The notes under the pieces: generated by a model | The model's database searches: none | What the model saw: only the letters and a program-made list of their open reading frames with translations | Told to the model about the DNA's origin: nothing | Translations under genes and position numbers: made by a program | IMG/VR virus record: IMGVR_UViG_3300020044_007822 | Coordinates: 1-29,604 of that record | Source of the DNA: a virus | Lineage: Duplodnaviria; Caudoviricetes | Length of the DNA: 29,604 nucleotides | Direction: 5' to 3' (one strand) | Shown here: in pieces, positions 1 to 8,849 of the stretch | Position numbering within the stretch: the stretch's first letter is position 1 | How the letters are laid out: every line of letters starts with the position of its first letter

Positions 1-36
1 GCAGGCGCAACCCGCTCAGGCGCTTGAATCTCGCAA

Positions 37-624
37 TCACCGATTTTGATGGTGCGGGGCTGTGGCGGTGGTGGAGGCGGCGGTGGCGGCGGCGGCGACT
101 GTGGCGGCGGCGGCGACTGTGGCGGCGACTGTGGCGGCGACTGTGGCGGTGGTGGCGGCGTAGGCGGTGGTGGCGACGGTCTTCACAGCAAGCGCGACCT
201 CCCGCACATCGTAAAACACGGAAATCGCCTCACAAGTCAACGATGCATCTTCGAGCGAATCCCTGCGAAGCGGAACCAATACTGAAGCGGAACGCAACGC
301 TATCGGCAACAATTGCCTTGTAACTTGCAAAATAACTTCTTTTGCAAACTCTTTTTGATCAATCGCATCGCTACAAAGCTGGGCGACGGCTACACGGCGC
401 ATCCCCTTCGCCCTAGCTGAATCAGAAGACCAATCTGAGTCATTCAAACTGATTACGAAACCGCGTACCGCGTCACCGACACACTCTGGGCGGTAGTTGT
501 GCGGCATACCCATTGCATAACAAACAGCAGCCACGACGCTGCATTTACCCGGCTCAGCACTGCCAAGACCTCTCACCAAGCCATAATCAACAACTTTTTG
601 CGCGATTTCGCGTGTAATTTCCAT
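37..624 (-). CDS. Hypothetical phage protein with Ala/Thr/Val low-complexity C-terminus, possibly truncated or frameshifted
   Basis: ORF with GGAG RBS (actggagtaaaaaATG); C-terminus encoded by GCC-type triplet repeat. Confidence 0.75.
   Translation of the reverse strand: MEITREIAQKVVDYGLVRGLGSAEPGKCSVVAAVCYAMGMPHNYRPECVGDAVRGFVISLNDSDWSSDSARAKGMRRVAVAQLCSDAIDQKEFAKEVILQVTRQLLPIALRSASVLVPLRRDSLEDASLTCEAISVFYDVREVALAVKTVATTAYAATTATVAATVAATVAAAATVAAAATAASTTATAPHHQNR
58..180. repeat. GGC/GGT triplet-rich low-complexity repeat with recurring unit ggcggcgactgt
   Basis: Directly visible; ggcggcgactgt occurs four times. Confidence 0.9.
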
Positions 625-693
625 TTTTTACTCCAGTGTTGCACCGCCTGAATTGGCGATTGCTTCGTATATTGTGTGTATTTTATTGCGCAA

Positions 694-1296
694 TTACAAG
701 AGATTTTTCAACTCTTTCACCTTGGCTGAGTAATGGGCCTTTAGCGCCTTTAAATCATCAATCGTGTACTTGCGTGGGGTCTGGTCAGCTTCAAGGGCTT
801 CAACGGCCTGCAAACCAATCCTGGCTATCAATCCAATCCGGTAGCCCGGTGCGTTGCCAGACATGTAGCGGTTTTCGTATTTCGATTGGCTGTGACAGTT
901 TCGCTCATCAAACCGCAGGTGCGGCGCAGAGCCACGGGATCGAAAATGGCCTGCATCTACCCCGTTACCTCTCCAGTCCAGCACCCTTCCGCTGCTGATG
1001 CAGGTATGCCCTGCCAGTTGGTCGCGGAGCCTGACGTACTGGTTAAAAACCTTTTGCGTTTCGGAAATCCAGTCCGGCAGGCGTTTAAATTTCTCCAGCG
1101 CAGCCTTTGTCTCCTGACGGTCAAGAATCGCAGCCTTGCGGGCTTTGGCCGCTTCCTGCCGCTTTTGCTTTTCCACCAGCTTCACGCCCAAAATAGCGCC
1201 ACATTCGGGGCTGCAATAGCCTTTGAATGAGCTGTATTGCACAAACACTGCTTTACAGACCTTGCATTTTTTGGGTTTGGCTGGGTTGCGGGTCAT
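694..1296 (-). CDS. ninG: NinG/Rap-family recombination endonuclease
   Basis: N-terminal CxxC...CSPEC, FNQYVRLRD, CISSG, DAGHFRSRGSAPHLRFDERNCH motifs typical of lambda NinG. Confidence 0.92.
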   Translation of the reverse strand: MTRNPAKPKKCKVCKAVFVQYSSFKGYCSPECGAILGVKLVEKQKRQEAAKARKAAILDRQETKAALEKFKRLPDWISETQKVFNQYVRLRDQLAGHTCISSGRVLDWRGNGVDAGHFRSRGSAPHLRFDERNCHSQSKYENRYMSGNAPGYRIGLIARIGLQAVEALEADQTPRKYTIDDLKALKAHYSAKVKELKNLL

Positions 1297-2348
1297 GCTG
1301 CCTCCCCAAATAAATCATGGGTCACATTGCCCTCGGTGATGCAATGCGGGCTGCACCAGACTGTCTCGCTGGCGCTATTTGCCACAGCCTCGTCTGTCAG
1401 CGCGTAACCCTTGCGGGCCGTCCATTTGCGTGTCGTCCAGCCTTTGGCTAGTAGCTCGTCATGCTCCCCGGCGTGGCCGCATAAAACGATGCGCAGCAAC
1501 TTGTTACCGCCATTGGCTGCGCACCATGCCTGCACTTCACGCGCAAGCTCGCCGCCCGTTCCCCGCGCGGTGTAGTCCATGGCACCCTTGGTGTAAGGCG
1601 GGTCAAGGAAGACAGCGGTTAAGCCGTGGCGAGTGGTCACAGAATCCTTGACAACCCGGCTCCAGTCGCCACAGGTCACGCGGGTGTCTCGTAGTACGTC
1701 GTGCAGCTTTGTTAACCACTCAAGGATGTAGGCGGTGCGCGGATGGCCCCGCCCTGCATTGCCCAGGTGCGGGAGTTGGCGGTTGATGCCCCGCCCTGCA
1801 TTGCCCAGGTGCGGGAGTTGGCGGTTGATGCCCCGCCCTGCATTGCCCAGGTGCGGGAGTTGGCTTCGCACACCGCCATCACCAGTACGCTTCACAAACT
1901 TGCCGTCACTCAATATCCACGGGCCATCACCGCCACACCAGCCCGAGCCAATCCAGTTACAGGCACCCCAGCACCACCAGCCCGCAATCTTTGCATCAAA
2001 CCAGTCCGGGTCTGCGTGCAGCTTGTCGGTCAGGTTTGACGCTTGACGCACCAACCAAGAGTGACGGGCGAATAAATCCACCTCATTGCACGGCCAGTCG
2101 GCATGATGCGCGACGGCTTCCGGATATTTGGATATGGCCCGCCAAAAGTTTGCCACAAAGCCGTCAGCGTCATTGATGGTGGCAACTCTTTTGCCGTCTG
2201 GTGCAGATAGAAGCATTGCAGCGCTACCCGCGAACGGCTCGACGTAGTTGCTAACAGTTCCAAATGCCTGCCACACCGTTTCAGATGCGTTTGCTTTGCC
2301 GCCAAACCAGGGAAACGGCGCGGCCAATGTTCCTGCTATTGATTTCAC
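1293..2348 (-). CDS. Dam-like (D12 class) DNA adenine methyltransferase
   Basis: PFPWFGGK, YVEPFAGSAA (SAM binding), IND, FLDPPY catalytic motif. Confidence 0.9.
   Translation of the reverse strand: MKSIAGTLAAPFPWFGGKANASETVWQAFGTVSNYVEPFAGSAAMLLSAPDGKRVATINDADGFVANFWRAISKYPEAVAHHADWPCNEVDLFARHSWLVRQASNLTDKLHADPDWFDAKIAGWWCWGACNWIGSGWCGGDGPWILSDGKFVKRTGDGGVRSQLPHLGNAGRGINRQLPHLGNAGRGINRQLPHLGNAGRGHPRTAYILEWLTKLHDVLRDTRVTCGDWSRVVKDSVTTRHGLTAVFLDPPYTKGAMDYTARGTGGELAREVQAWCAANGGNKLLRIVLCGHAGEHDELLAKGWTTRKWTARKGYALTDEAVANSASETVWCSPHCITEGNVTHDLFGEAA
1746..1864. repeat. 42-bp exact tandem repeat, about 2.8 copies, encoding GINRQLPHLGNAGR
   Basis: gccccgccctgcattgcccaggtgcgggagttggcggttgat starts at 1746, 1788 and 1830 (last copy partial). 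Confidence 0.95.
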
Positions 2349-2593
2349 TTACTTGCCTCCTTGAGCGGCATAGCGTCCATCTTCACCAGCCGCCTGATTT
2401 CCTTGTTCTGGTGCCCGTAGGCGATGGCATCCCGCGATACTGCAAGCTGCCGTGCATGTGCTTCGCTTGCTGGAATAGGGTATGCCCCAATCCGCTTTAT
2501 CAGCCTGGCCGTGCAGTGTATGCACTGGGGCGTGTTGTATCTTGTCCATTTTCCATCCGTTTGTTTTGCTGCGTTGCAGTCTGTGCATTGCAT
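2345..2593 (-). CDS. Hypothetical protein with two CxxC pairs
   Basis: ORF in operon; stop overlaps GTG start of the methylase. Confidence 0.7.
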   Translation of the reverse strand: MQCTDCNAAKQTDGKWTRYNTPQCIHCTARLIKRIGAYPIPASEAHARQLAVSRDAIAYGHQNKEIRRLVKMDAMPLKEASK

Positions 2594-2608
2594 TTCGAGG
2601 TTTATTTC

Positions 2609-3103
2609 TTACTTGCGGCTTACAAGTTGTAAATAGGGGTTTGTGAAATCCTTGCGCGCTATGCCTCGACGAATGCGGCTCACGTAGGTTTCACTCATGC
2701 CGTGGCGCTGCGCAAGAACTCGGCCCAACTCCTGACTGTTTTTGATTTCCTGAATCAGCTCATCACTGAATCGAGAATTTGCCCTGGCAGTCTTGGCATA
2801 GGCATTACGCCACGGCAGCGCATGAGCCTTGCCTTTGTGAAATTCGTTCTTTGGGTATGTTTTGAGGTGGCTGGGCTTCACGCACAATGGGTTATTGCAT
2901 TTAGGCCTGACCTGCATGTTTGCCGGGCAAGGCTCTTCATGGCTTTCGTTCCATAGAAAACGCCTGACCGTGACCACGGTTCCATTTATGTAGCCTTGTG
3001 GGACTCCGTTACCTGAAACACACTTTTTCCATATCCAGCATCCGTCGTTCTCTTTTACGCGCTCCATAAGCCAGTTGAGGGTGATGCCTTCAATTGTTTT
3101 CAT
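2609..3103 (-). CDS. HNH homing-endonuclease-like protein with C-terminal HTH, catalytic site degenerate
   Basis: CWIWK..G and CNNPLCVKPSHL motifs; C-terminal LAQRHGMSETYVSRIRRG HTH. Confidence 0.75.
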   Translation of the reverse strand: MKTIEGITLNWLMERVKENDGCWIWKKCVSGNGVPQGYINGTVVTVRRFLWNESHEEPCPANMQVRPKCNNPLCVKPSHLKTYPKNEFHKGKAHALPWRNAYAKTARANSRFSDELIQEIKNSQELGRVLAQRHGMSETYVSRIRRGIARKDFTNPYLQLVSRK

Positions 3104-3753
3104 GTTGATTCTTTCCTCAATTTTTCACGATATGCCAGTACAGTAGCTGGCACTTTTATTGCTTTGCATTCGTCAGCCAGCGATGCAAGCGCATTAAATG
3201 TCAGCGCAGGAACGGCAGGTGAACCGGGCGCTGGAAGCCCCGGATAAATGTCGGCCGCATGGCTGTATTCAATCCGGCCTAACGCCACAGCCTCAGATAA
3301 CGCAGCCCCCCGCTTGTCTTTGTCATGACCCAGCGATGGTGTCCATGAAACGGCAACGCCTGAATCCCGGGCTTCACCGACCATTCGGACGTAGGCTTCC
3401 TTGAAAGCCATGCGGCCCGCGATTCGGTCGCCATCCTCGATAAGCGGCGCAGCGATGCCAAAAGCACGGGCCATCTCATCCGTCCAAACCACAGTTTGAG
3501 ATTCGTCCATCGGCAGCATAGCCCATGCTTCCTCAACTCCCGGCCGACCATCATCAAGTCGCGAAACAACGTCCTGAATCGTCAGCACGCCTTTGACTTC
3601 ACGGCGGCACCGGGTCAGGGCCTTGATTACCGCGTCCTCAGAGAATTTGGCCAAGTCTTGAGCAAACACCCTGGCGGCACCCTCGCTGAACGTTCGGCCG
3701 CACAGCTCGGCCGTAACTGCGATGGCTTGATAAAGTTCAGAACTTGGTTTCAT
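3100..3753 (-). CDS. Replication accessory protein (lambda P-position, helicase loader-like)
   Basis: Coupled (ATGA overlap) directly downstream of initiator; GRPGVEEAW and TVVWTDEM motifs seen in phage proteins at this position; function inferred from position. Confidence 0.6.
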   Translation of the reverse strand: MKPSSELYQAIAVTAELCGRTFSEGAARVFAQDLAKFSEDAVIKALTRCRREVKGVLTIQDVVSRLDDGRPGVEEAWAMLPMDESQTVVWTDEMARAFGIAAPLIEDGDRIAGRMAFKEAYVRMVGEARDSGVAVSWTPSLGHDKDKRGAALSEAVALGRIEYSHAADIYPGLPAPGSPAVPALTFNALASLADECKAIKVPATVLAYREKLRKEST

Positions 3754-4706
3754 TCCTGCGCCTCGCGTTCTTTGGCTTCTTGAATTAATTTATCAAAAAC
3801 GTTGAAATTCGTCTGCGTCTTGTCCGCCTGGATGGCCTGGGTCTGGGTCACTTGTCGGCCAGTCGCCCATTCAGTCCGTAACTTTTCGCAATCCATCAGC
3901 AAAAAACCGACAGAATGCCCGTTACCGACGTAGCGCTGGTTTCTGTGCCCGACGTACCATGCCGCGACCTGCGGAGCCTCCTCGGCACCAATGCGGCCGA
4001 CCAGTTGCGCCATTTGGCCGTTCACCATGGCGTTGCGTACTGGCTCGGCTTGGTATCGGTGGCGGTATGCCTGAGCGTATGCGTTCCATGCCTCTGCTGA
4101 TGGCGGTGGTTCTTTCGCAGGCTTTGGAACCTTCGCCGCTTTCACCTTCGCCGGGGCAGGTTCCGCAGGAGCCTCCCCGAAAAGGGTTGTGGTTGTGGAT
4201 GGGTTGTGGTTCAGGCTCCGGATGGGTTCAGGTTCGGGTTCAGGATTAACGAAGGGTTCGACAAATGGTTTGCGAAGGGTTTGCAAATGGTTTGCGAAGG
4301 GTTCTTTTAGGTGTACTCCAAAATCCAGCAAAGCCCCGGCCAGCATGGCTTTCAAGGGTATTGATGGGACTTGGTCAAACGCCTTTTGTGCAGCGGTCGC
4401 TACGTTGGCATTCTCAAATTTGTTCCATGCGATGTACTTGCAAATCAATACCCATTTTGATGATTCATCACGCTTCAAAAAACCCTTTGATTGCAGTTCA
4501 ATAAACCCTTTTGAAACCCTTTCAGAAGCCCATTGAAGGTCATCAGATGCGTAGGCATCAGGCAATCGAAAGCATCCGATAAGGTTTGCATGTGGACTCG
4601 TCATCAAATAGAGTGCCAGCATCCGGCCATCCTCGGAAAAGTTCCGGGCGTCTTCGGATTGCCAAAAAGATGAAAAAACGCGGCCGTAATCACGCATGCG
4701 CTTCAC
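3750..4706 (-). CDS. Phage replication initiator (O-like); start probably MRDYG at 4697
   Basis: N-terminal winged-helix-like RMLALYLMTSPHAN..G, internal iterons and PEPEPEP linker, C-terminal domain. Confidence 0.8.
   Translation of the reverse strand: MKRMRDYGRVFSSFWQSEDARNFSEDGRMLALYLMTSPHANLIGCFRLPDAYASDDLQWASERVSKGFIELQSKGFLKRDESSKWVLICKYIAWNKFENANVATAAQKAFDQVPSIPLKAMLAGALLDFGVHLKEPFANHLQTLRKPFVEPFVNPEPEPEPIRSLNHNPSTTTTLFGEAPAEPAPAKVKAAKVPKPAKEPPPSAEAWNAYAQAYRHRYQAEPVRNAMVNGQMAQLVGRIGAEEAPQVAAWYVGHRNQRYVGNGHSVGFLLMDCEKLRTEWATGRQVTQTQAIQADKTQTNFNVFDKLIQEAKEREAQE
4250..4305. repeat. Probable origin iterons: about five 11-bp units C(G/A)AA(G/T)GGTTTG
   Basis: cgaagggttcg a caaatggtttg cgaagggtttg caaatggtttg cgaagggttct inside the initiator gene; inverted AACCCTTT copies at about 4480-4523. 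Confidence 0.7.
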
Positions 4707-5382
4707 TCTGCTTCAATTGATGCTTCGCCCACTCGCCCACAATCCAGTTAACGCCTTTTGCCGTAAACTTGGTCGTGGTGTAGGTATGGTCATCATCAGA
4801 CATACCTGCCCGGACCTCAAAGCGGCCTGCGTCAATGTGATTTTGGTAGGCGGTCAGCTTTGACCCCAAGCGATACATGATTTTTTCGCCAATGACAAAC
4901 TCACGAAACCGGGCTTCATTGGCACCCAGCAGCTTGCAGACCTCGCGGAAACCTTTAAGCCCGGTAGCGTCAACGAATCTGTCCACAAACTCAACCTTTG
5001 GCGCAGCAATGGCAAGCTGTGCGGCCTGCGCCTCAAGTTGCTCGGCTTGGTCAGCAGCAAGGCGCAGGGCTTGCGCCATGGTCTGGGGCAGCTTTGGCTC
5101 GGCACCGGACTCCAGTTCTTGCCAACGGTCAACCAGTTGCGCAGTGAATTCAGGTGAAAGCTGGGCCACAATGATGTAGCTATCACGCTTTCCAATCAAA
5201 TAAACTTTTTCAGTTACACCGTTGGCAGCTTTCTCGCCATCCACAATTTGTGGTTGGGATATTGTCCCCTTTTCAGCCAGCGTTTCAATAGTGCGTTTTA
5301 CACTGTCATGGCGTTTTTTTGTCAAGTCAGCCATCTCGCGACTGGACATCGTGACCCCTTTAGGGGCTAAAGAATTTTGCAT
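4690..5382 (-). CDS. Rha-family regulator fused to antirepressor KilAC/ANT C-terminal domain
   Basis: MSSREMADLTKKRHDSVKRTIE...AQLSPEFTAQLVDRWQELE; LPQT..ALRLAAD; APKVEFVDR; TTKFTAKG. Confidence 0.88.
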   Translation of the reverse strand: MQNSLAPKGVTMSSREMADLTKKRHDSVKRTIETLAEKGTISQPQIVDGEKAANGVTEKVYLIGKRDSYIIVAQLSPEFTAQLVDRWQELESGAEPKLPQTMAQALRLAADQAEQLEAQAAQLAIAAPKVEFVDRFVDATGLKGFREVCKLLGANEARFREFVIGEKIMYRLGSKLTAYQNHIDAGRFEVRAGMSDDDHTYTTTKFTAKGVNWIVGEWAKHQLKQSEAHA

Positions 5383-5398
5383 AGAAGCCTTTCAAACG

Positions 5399-5510
5399 AA
5401 AAAAGGCTTCACCTGCACTCTCCTGTTTTTTACGCAGGTTGGTCGAACGGTCGGTACCGCCAGAGTGCATGTGAAGCCTTACCGAACACAAAAAACGCGA
5501 CCAAGCGTTT
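5399..5510 (-). promoter_or_regulatory. Attenuator-like leader of the antirepressor gene (long hairpin, U-tract, loop complementary to an upstream seed)
   Basis: Inverted repeat 5403-5421/5462-5480 with minus-strand poly-U at 5399-5404; loop 5439-5445 complementary to 5498-5504. Confidence 0.7.
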
Positions 5511-5521
5511 GAGCCTCCAGT

Positions 5522-6076
5522 TTACACCAAAACCCCATCCTCACGCAAGGCCACAATATCAACACCAAAGACCGCTTTCCAGGCGCTTGCTGGCCAAGCG
5601 TACACGGGGCCGTCACCGGTCATACGGCTGATCGGTGGGGTTTTTTTGCTGTTACACCACTTGCGCAGCTCGTGCCAGTCAAAGCCTGTTTTGTCGTCAA
5701 GCGCGGCTGTGACTTGCTCGACGGTGGCGTAACCGATGGCCAAGGGAACTGCGGTGGTCAACTCTGCTTTTTTGAACGATTCTGCTACATATTCGATAGC
5801 TAATGGTGCCCGTGTCGCTTGCGCTAACGGCTCATTTGATTGATATGTCTGGGTGGTGGGCAATGTAGCTTTGAGTCTGTCAATCTCACGGTTAGCCAGC
5901 ATAGTTCGTGCAAGCGCCGTAGCCTCTCGCCTGCTGCTGATCTGGCCGCGCGCAGTCTTTGCCTCGTCGCGCTCTTTTTCGGCCGCAATGCGGGCCTCGT
6001 ATTCATTGGCCCAGGCTCTTGCGGCTTCGGCTGGGTTTTCAAAGTTGGGCGGTTCAGTGGTTTTGTTGTTTTTCAT
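5522..6076 (-). CDS. Hypothetical protein resembling the C-terminal half of phage antirepressor-like proteins
   Basis: PNFENPAEAARAWANEYE and ISSRREATA motifs; lacks an N-terminal DNA-binding domain. Confidence 0.6.
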   Translation of the reverse strand: MKNNKTTEPPNFENPAEAARAWANEYEARIAAEKERDEAKTARGQISSRREATALARTMLANREIDRLKATLPTTQTYQSNEPLAQATRAPLAIEYVAESFKKAELTTAVPLAIGYATVEQVTAALDDKTGFDWHELRKWCNSKKTPPISRMTGDGPVYAWPASAWKAVFGVDIVALREDGVLV

Positions 6077-6236
6077 TGCTTGATTTTAAGTCTTCCAGTC
6101 GGTCAATATCATCCTGCAGTCGGCAGGCTTCGCGGAAGTCGCCATCGTAGCCAAACGCCTCAAAACAGGCCATGAAGCGGGTTTTCTCGGTGCGTAGGGC
6201 TTCGAGTTGTTTGGCTATTTCGTCGGGCTCAGTCAT
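6054..6236 (-). CDS. Hypothetical protein
   Basis: ATGA-coupled to upstream methylase. Confidence 0.6.
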   Translation of the reverse strand: MTEPDEIAKQLEALRTEKTRFMACFEAFGYDGDFREACRLQDDIDRLEDLKSSNEKQQNH

Positions 6237-6985
6237 AGCTCTAGCTGCTCTTGTTTTTTAACGGATGGAGCAAATAGCTGGCCTTGGGCGTGGGCTTGCT
6301 CTATGCGCTTGCAAGACAGTGCAAAGGCATCAGCATCAACCTCGCAACCGATGAATTTGCGGCCAGTGCGCAGGCAAGCGACCCCGGTGGTGCCTGCGCC
6401 CATGTGTGAATCAAGAACCGTGTCACCCGGACGGCTGTAGTCCCTTACAAGCGATTCCATTAAGGCGGTCGGCTTATCACCCATGCGAGCTTTGTCATTC
6501 CAGCCCGGCCCGGCGATGTAGCCGCCCGGAAGTGTTCCCCACTTAATTTGGGCTTTGGTGCGAGATGCCACGATCCAATCAGTCCAACTACACGGGCCAT
6601 CACCAGATATTCGAACGCTGCGCCCTGCTTGATAGAAGGGTAAAGGGGCAAATACATACCTGCCGCACGCTTCGAGGGTTTCAGTGATAACAGGGGCCAA
6701 TGTGTGGTCCGTCATCCATACCACCCAACCGCTGCAAATTCCGGCATATAGGCCAGAAAGATCCTTCACCATTGCTGGTGTGAGGGCTAGATAGCCGAGT
6801 TTTGTTCGAGAGGACCCATCCGAAGTTGCCCCACGGGAAATTAGATCGTGGCCAGCATGAGTGCGTTCCGAATAGGGTGGGTCGACCAGAACAGCATCAA
6901 CCCGATCAAGCGTCGGCAAAATATCCATGCAATCACCTTGGTAAAGCGTCGCATCACCAATCACAACTTTTTGAACATAGCTCAT
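6233..6985 (-). CDS. DNA methyltransferase, N4-C/N6-A beta class
   Basis: LYQGDC, VDPPY preceding KP...LDSHMGAGTTGVA...FIGCE. Confidence 0.9.
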   Translation of the reverse strand: MSYVQKVVIGDATLYQGDCMDILPTLDRVDAVLVDPPYSERTHAGHDLISRGATSDGSSRTKLGYLALTPAMVKDLSGLYAGICSGWVVWMTDHTLAPVITETLEACGRYVFAPLPFYQAGRSVRISGDGPCSWTDWIVASRTKAQIKWGTLPGGYIAGPGWNDKARMGDKPTALMESLVRDYSRPGDTVLDSHMGAGTTGVACLRTGRKFIGCEVDADAFALSCKRIEQAHAQGQLFAPSVKKQEQLEL

Positions 6986-7158
6986 TTAGTTTCCAATTCC
7001 AGCTCCAGTTGGTCAACGTCAACCCGCACAGCTTTCTTGCCGCGCTGGGGCTTTTCTTTCTGCCCGAACATCTTGCTAAAACAGACCGGGCCGTAATGGT
7101 ATCTGCCAACCGTTGCGGCTGGCTTGTCCATCTTTCTGCCGCAGCGGTCGCAGTTCAT
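6982..7158 (-). CDS. Small zinc-finger protein, 58 aa (DUF6011-like), absent from the ORF track
   Basis: Hand translation MNCDRCGRKM...YGPVCFSKMF...LELETK; ATGA overlap with next gene. Confidence 0.7.
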   Translation of the reverse strand: MNCDRCGRKMDKPAATVGRYHYGPVCFSKMFGQKEKPQRGKKAVRVDVDQLELELETK

Positions 7159-7159
7159 G

Positions 7160-8788
7160 TTATGCAGTTCTCACGGCTTTGAGAATCACGACTGAAACGC
7201 TGGTGCCTGCAAACTCGCGCTCATAGACAGCTGACCAGGTGTGTGTCCAGGTCTTACCCAGGAAGTCTTTGCCATGCATCGAGGCGGGCAAGATGGCAAC
7301 CAAACGACCGCCGTTCTTGACCTTGTGGCTGGCATATTCGGTGTGCAGCTTCGCCCGGCCTTCGCTGAAAGGTGGATTCATCACGACGACATCAAAGTCA
7401 GCTCTAAAGGGCTCCATGTCGGCATAAACAATGAAATCACATTCCACTGTTTTGAAGCCCTTGGCGCGAAGCACAGCACAGTGCAATGGCGAGATTTCGA
7501 AGCAGGTAGTGCGATCTTTGGGCATGTGGTCAGCAATGCCCCCTTGTCCCGCGCTGGGCTCCAGGCAGTTGTCTTCTGGGCCAATTTCAGCCAAGTCAAC
7601 AGCGATACGCGCCAGCTTTTGCGGGGTCGGGTAATACTGGTGGGCCTTCTTATCCGGCAAGCAGCCGCTGTTAACGACTTCGGTCAGCACCCCGGCAATG
7701 GGGTAATCGAAGACATACCCATCCCCATCGGAAACACCACCCAAGGCCTCCAGTGCCGCGCAAGCATCTGCATAGGTGGCTTTGTGTTCCTTTGCGGTGC
7801 GATAAAACTCAAACCGGGTATCCGCCATATGCCGCGTCCGGGTCTGTATTCCACTGGCTAGCAGTTCGATGGTGGCGAACGGCAGCGGCCTACCCAGCAT
7901 CTGGAATTCCTTAGCGCGCTTCGGCTGCTTGGTGCGGAACTGGGCAGGGATGGCCAGGGGGTACAAAGTGGCTAAAACTTGATTGAGTTTCCATGCAATG
8001 TCGGGATGCACTTCAAAGTGCGCGGTGCCCTTCTGATAGACGCGGATGCGCAGGGCACCACCATCAAGCTCGTACCATTGGCCTGTGGCACCATACATCG
8101 CCCTCACCAGCACATCACTGCTGCCATAAGCAGGTTCACCACGGTTCATAAACTTGGCAATGACTGAGCGCAAGTCATGGATAAGCCCCGTTCGTTCGTG
8201 CCTGATACTGCCGTATGACAGCATGCAATCCACGATCATCCGTTTGCTAAAACCCTCGGGTACATTGGTGACGTGACTGCTTGAAAGGCTGCGGAAAATG
8301 CCATCCACGCGCTCAGCAAAGTATTGCGGGCGCTGGGCCAGCATGTCGGCCAGGGTGGCGCGCACTGCTGTTTCTTCAAAGTCCGGCAGGGATGGAACAG
8401 GCTCGTACCTTGAACCAATGTTTTTTTCACCCCTCAGCTGCGCATCGAGCAGGTTGCGCCGGGCTTGCGGCATCGTTGAATAGATGTCTGTCAGCGCCAG
8501 CGCATCGCGCCAATACCTGCGATTCATGGCCGCTATCGCTCCCTCCAGCACAAAAACCTCACTCACTGAAAGTGATGTGCCGCGATTCCCTGCGCTGTCA
8601 AGAAAATAGCTCACAGCATGGGCATATTCCGGGCTGGTGGTCACATGGGCAATGCGCCTCACCTTGTCCAGCTCAGCCTGATAGTCGGCCAGCAACTGAT
8701 CAATGACATCGCCGGGCACTGCAAGGAAGAACTGCGCGCCGTCATCCACCAGCTCGACAGCTGCCTGCTCAAAAGTATTGACTTCCAT
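7160..8788 (-). CDS. DUF4942-domain class I SAM-dependent (N6-adenine) DNA methyltransferase
   Basis: YYPTP, LEPSAGQGGIA, VVMNPPFS, GGRLVAILP; N-terminal LSSSHVTN.P.GFSKRMI and YQKGTAHFEVHPD motifs; start MEVNT at 8788 preferred over 8893. Confidence 0.85.
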   Translation of the reverse strand: MEVNTFEQAAVELVDDGAQFFLAVPGDVIDQLLADYQAELDKVRRIAHVTTSPEYAHAVSYFLDSAGNRGTSLSVSEVFVLEGAIAAMNRRYWRDALALTDIYSTMPQARRNLLDAQLRGEKNIGSRYEPVPSLPDFEETAVRATLADMLAQRPQYFAERVDGIFRSLSSSHVTNVPEGFSKRMIVDCMLSYGSIRHERTGLIHDLRSVIAKFMNRGEPAYGSSDVLVRAMYGATGQWYELDGGALRIRVYQKGTAHFEVHPDIAWKLNQVLATLYPLAIPAQFRTKQPKRAKEFQMLGRPLPFATIELLASGIQTRTRHMADTRFEFYRTAKEHKATYADACAALEALGGVSDGDGYVFDYPIAGVLTEVVNSGCLPDKKAHQYYPTPQKLARIAVDLAEIGPEDNCLEPSAGQGGIADHMPKDRTTCFEISPLHCAVLRAKGFKTVECDFIVYADMEPFRADFDVVVMNPPFSEGRAKLHTEYASHKVKNGGRLVAILPASMHGKDFLGKTWTHTWSAVYEREFAGTSVSVVILKAVRTA

Positions 8789-8849
8789 CACGCACACCAC
8801 CCAAACTGGCCGAAGCTGGCCAGCATGTTTTGTTGTCTTGCGGGGAGTT

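Noticed and set aside
24-323. Arg/Trp-rich and Gly-rich plus-strand ORFs (24..323, 46..285)
   Set aside because: Shadow frames of the GGC repeat opposite a gene with a proper RBS
1746-1864. CRISPR array
   Set aside because: Units are contiguous with no spacers and are in-frame coding repeats
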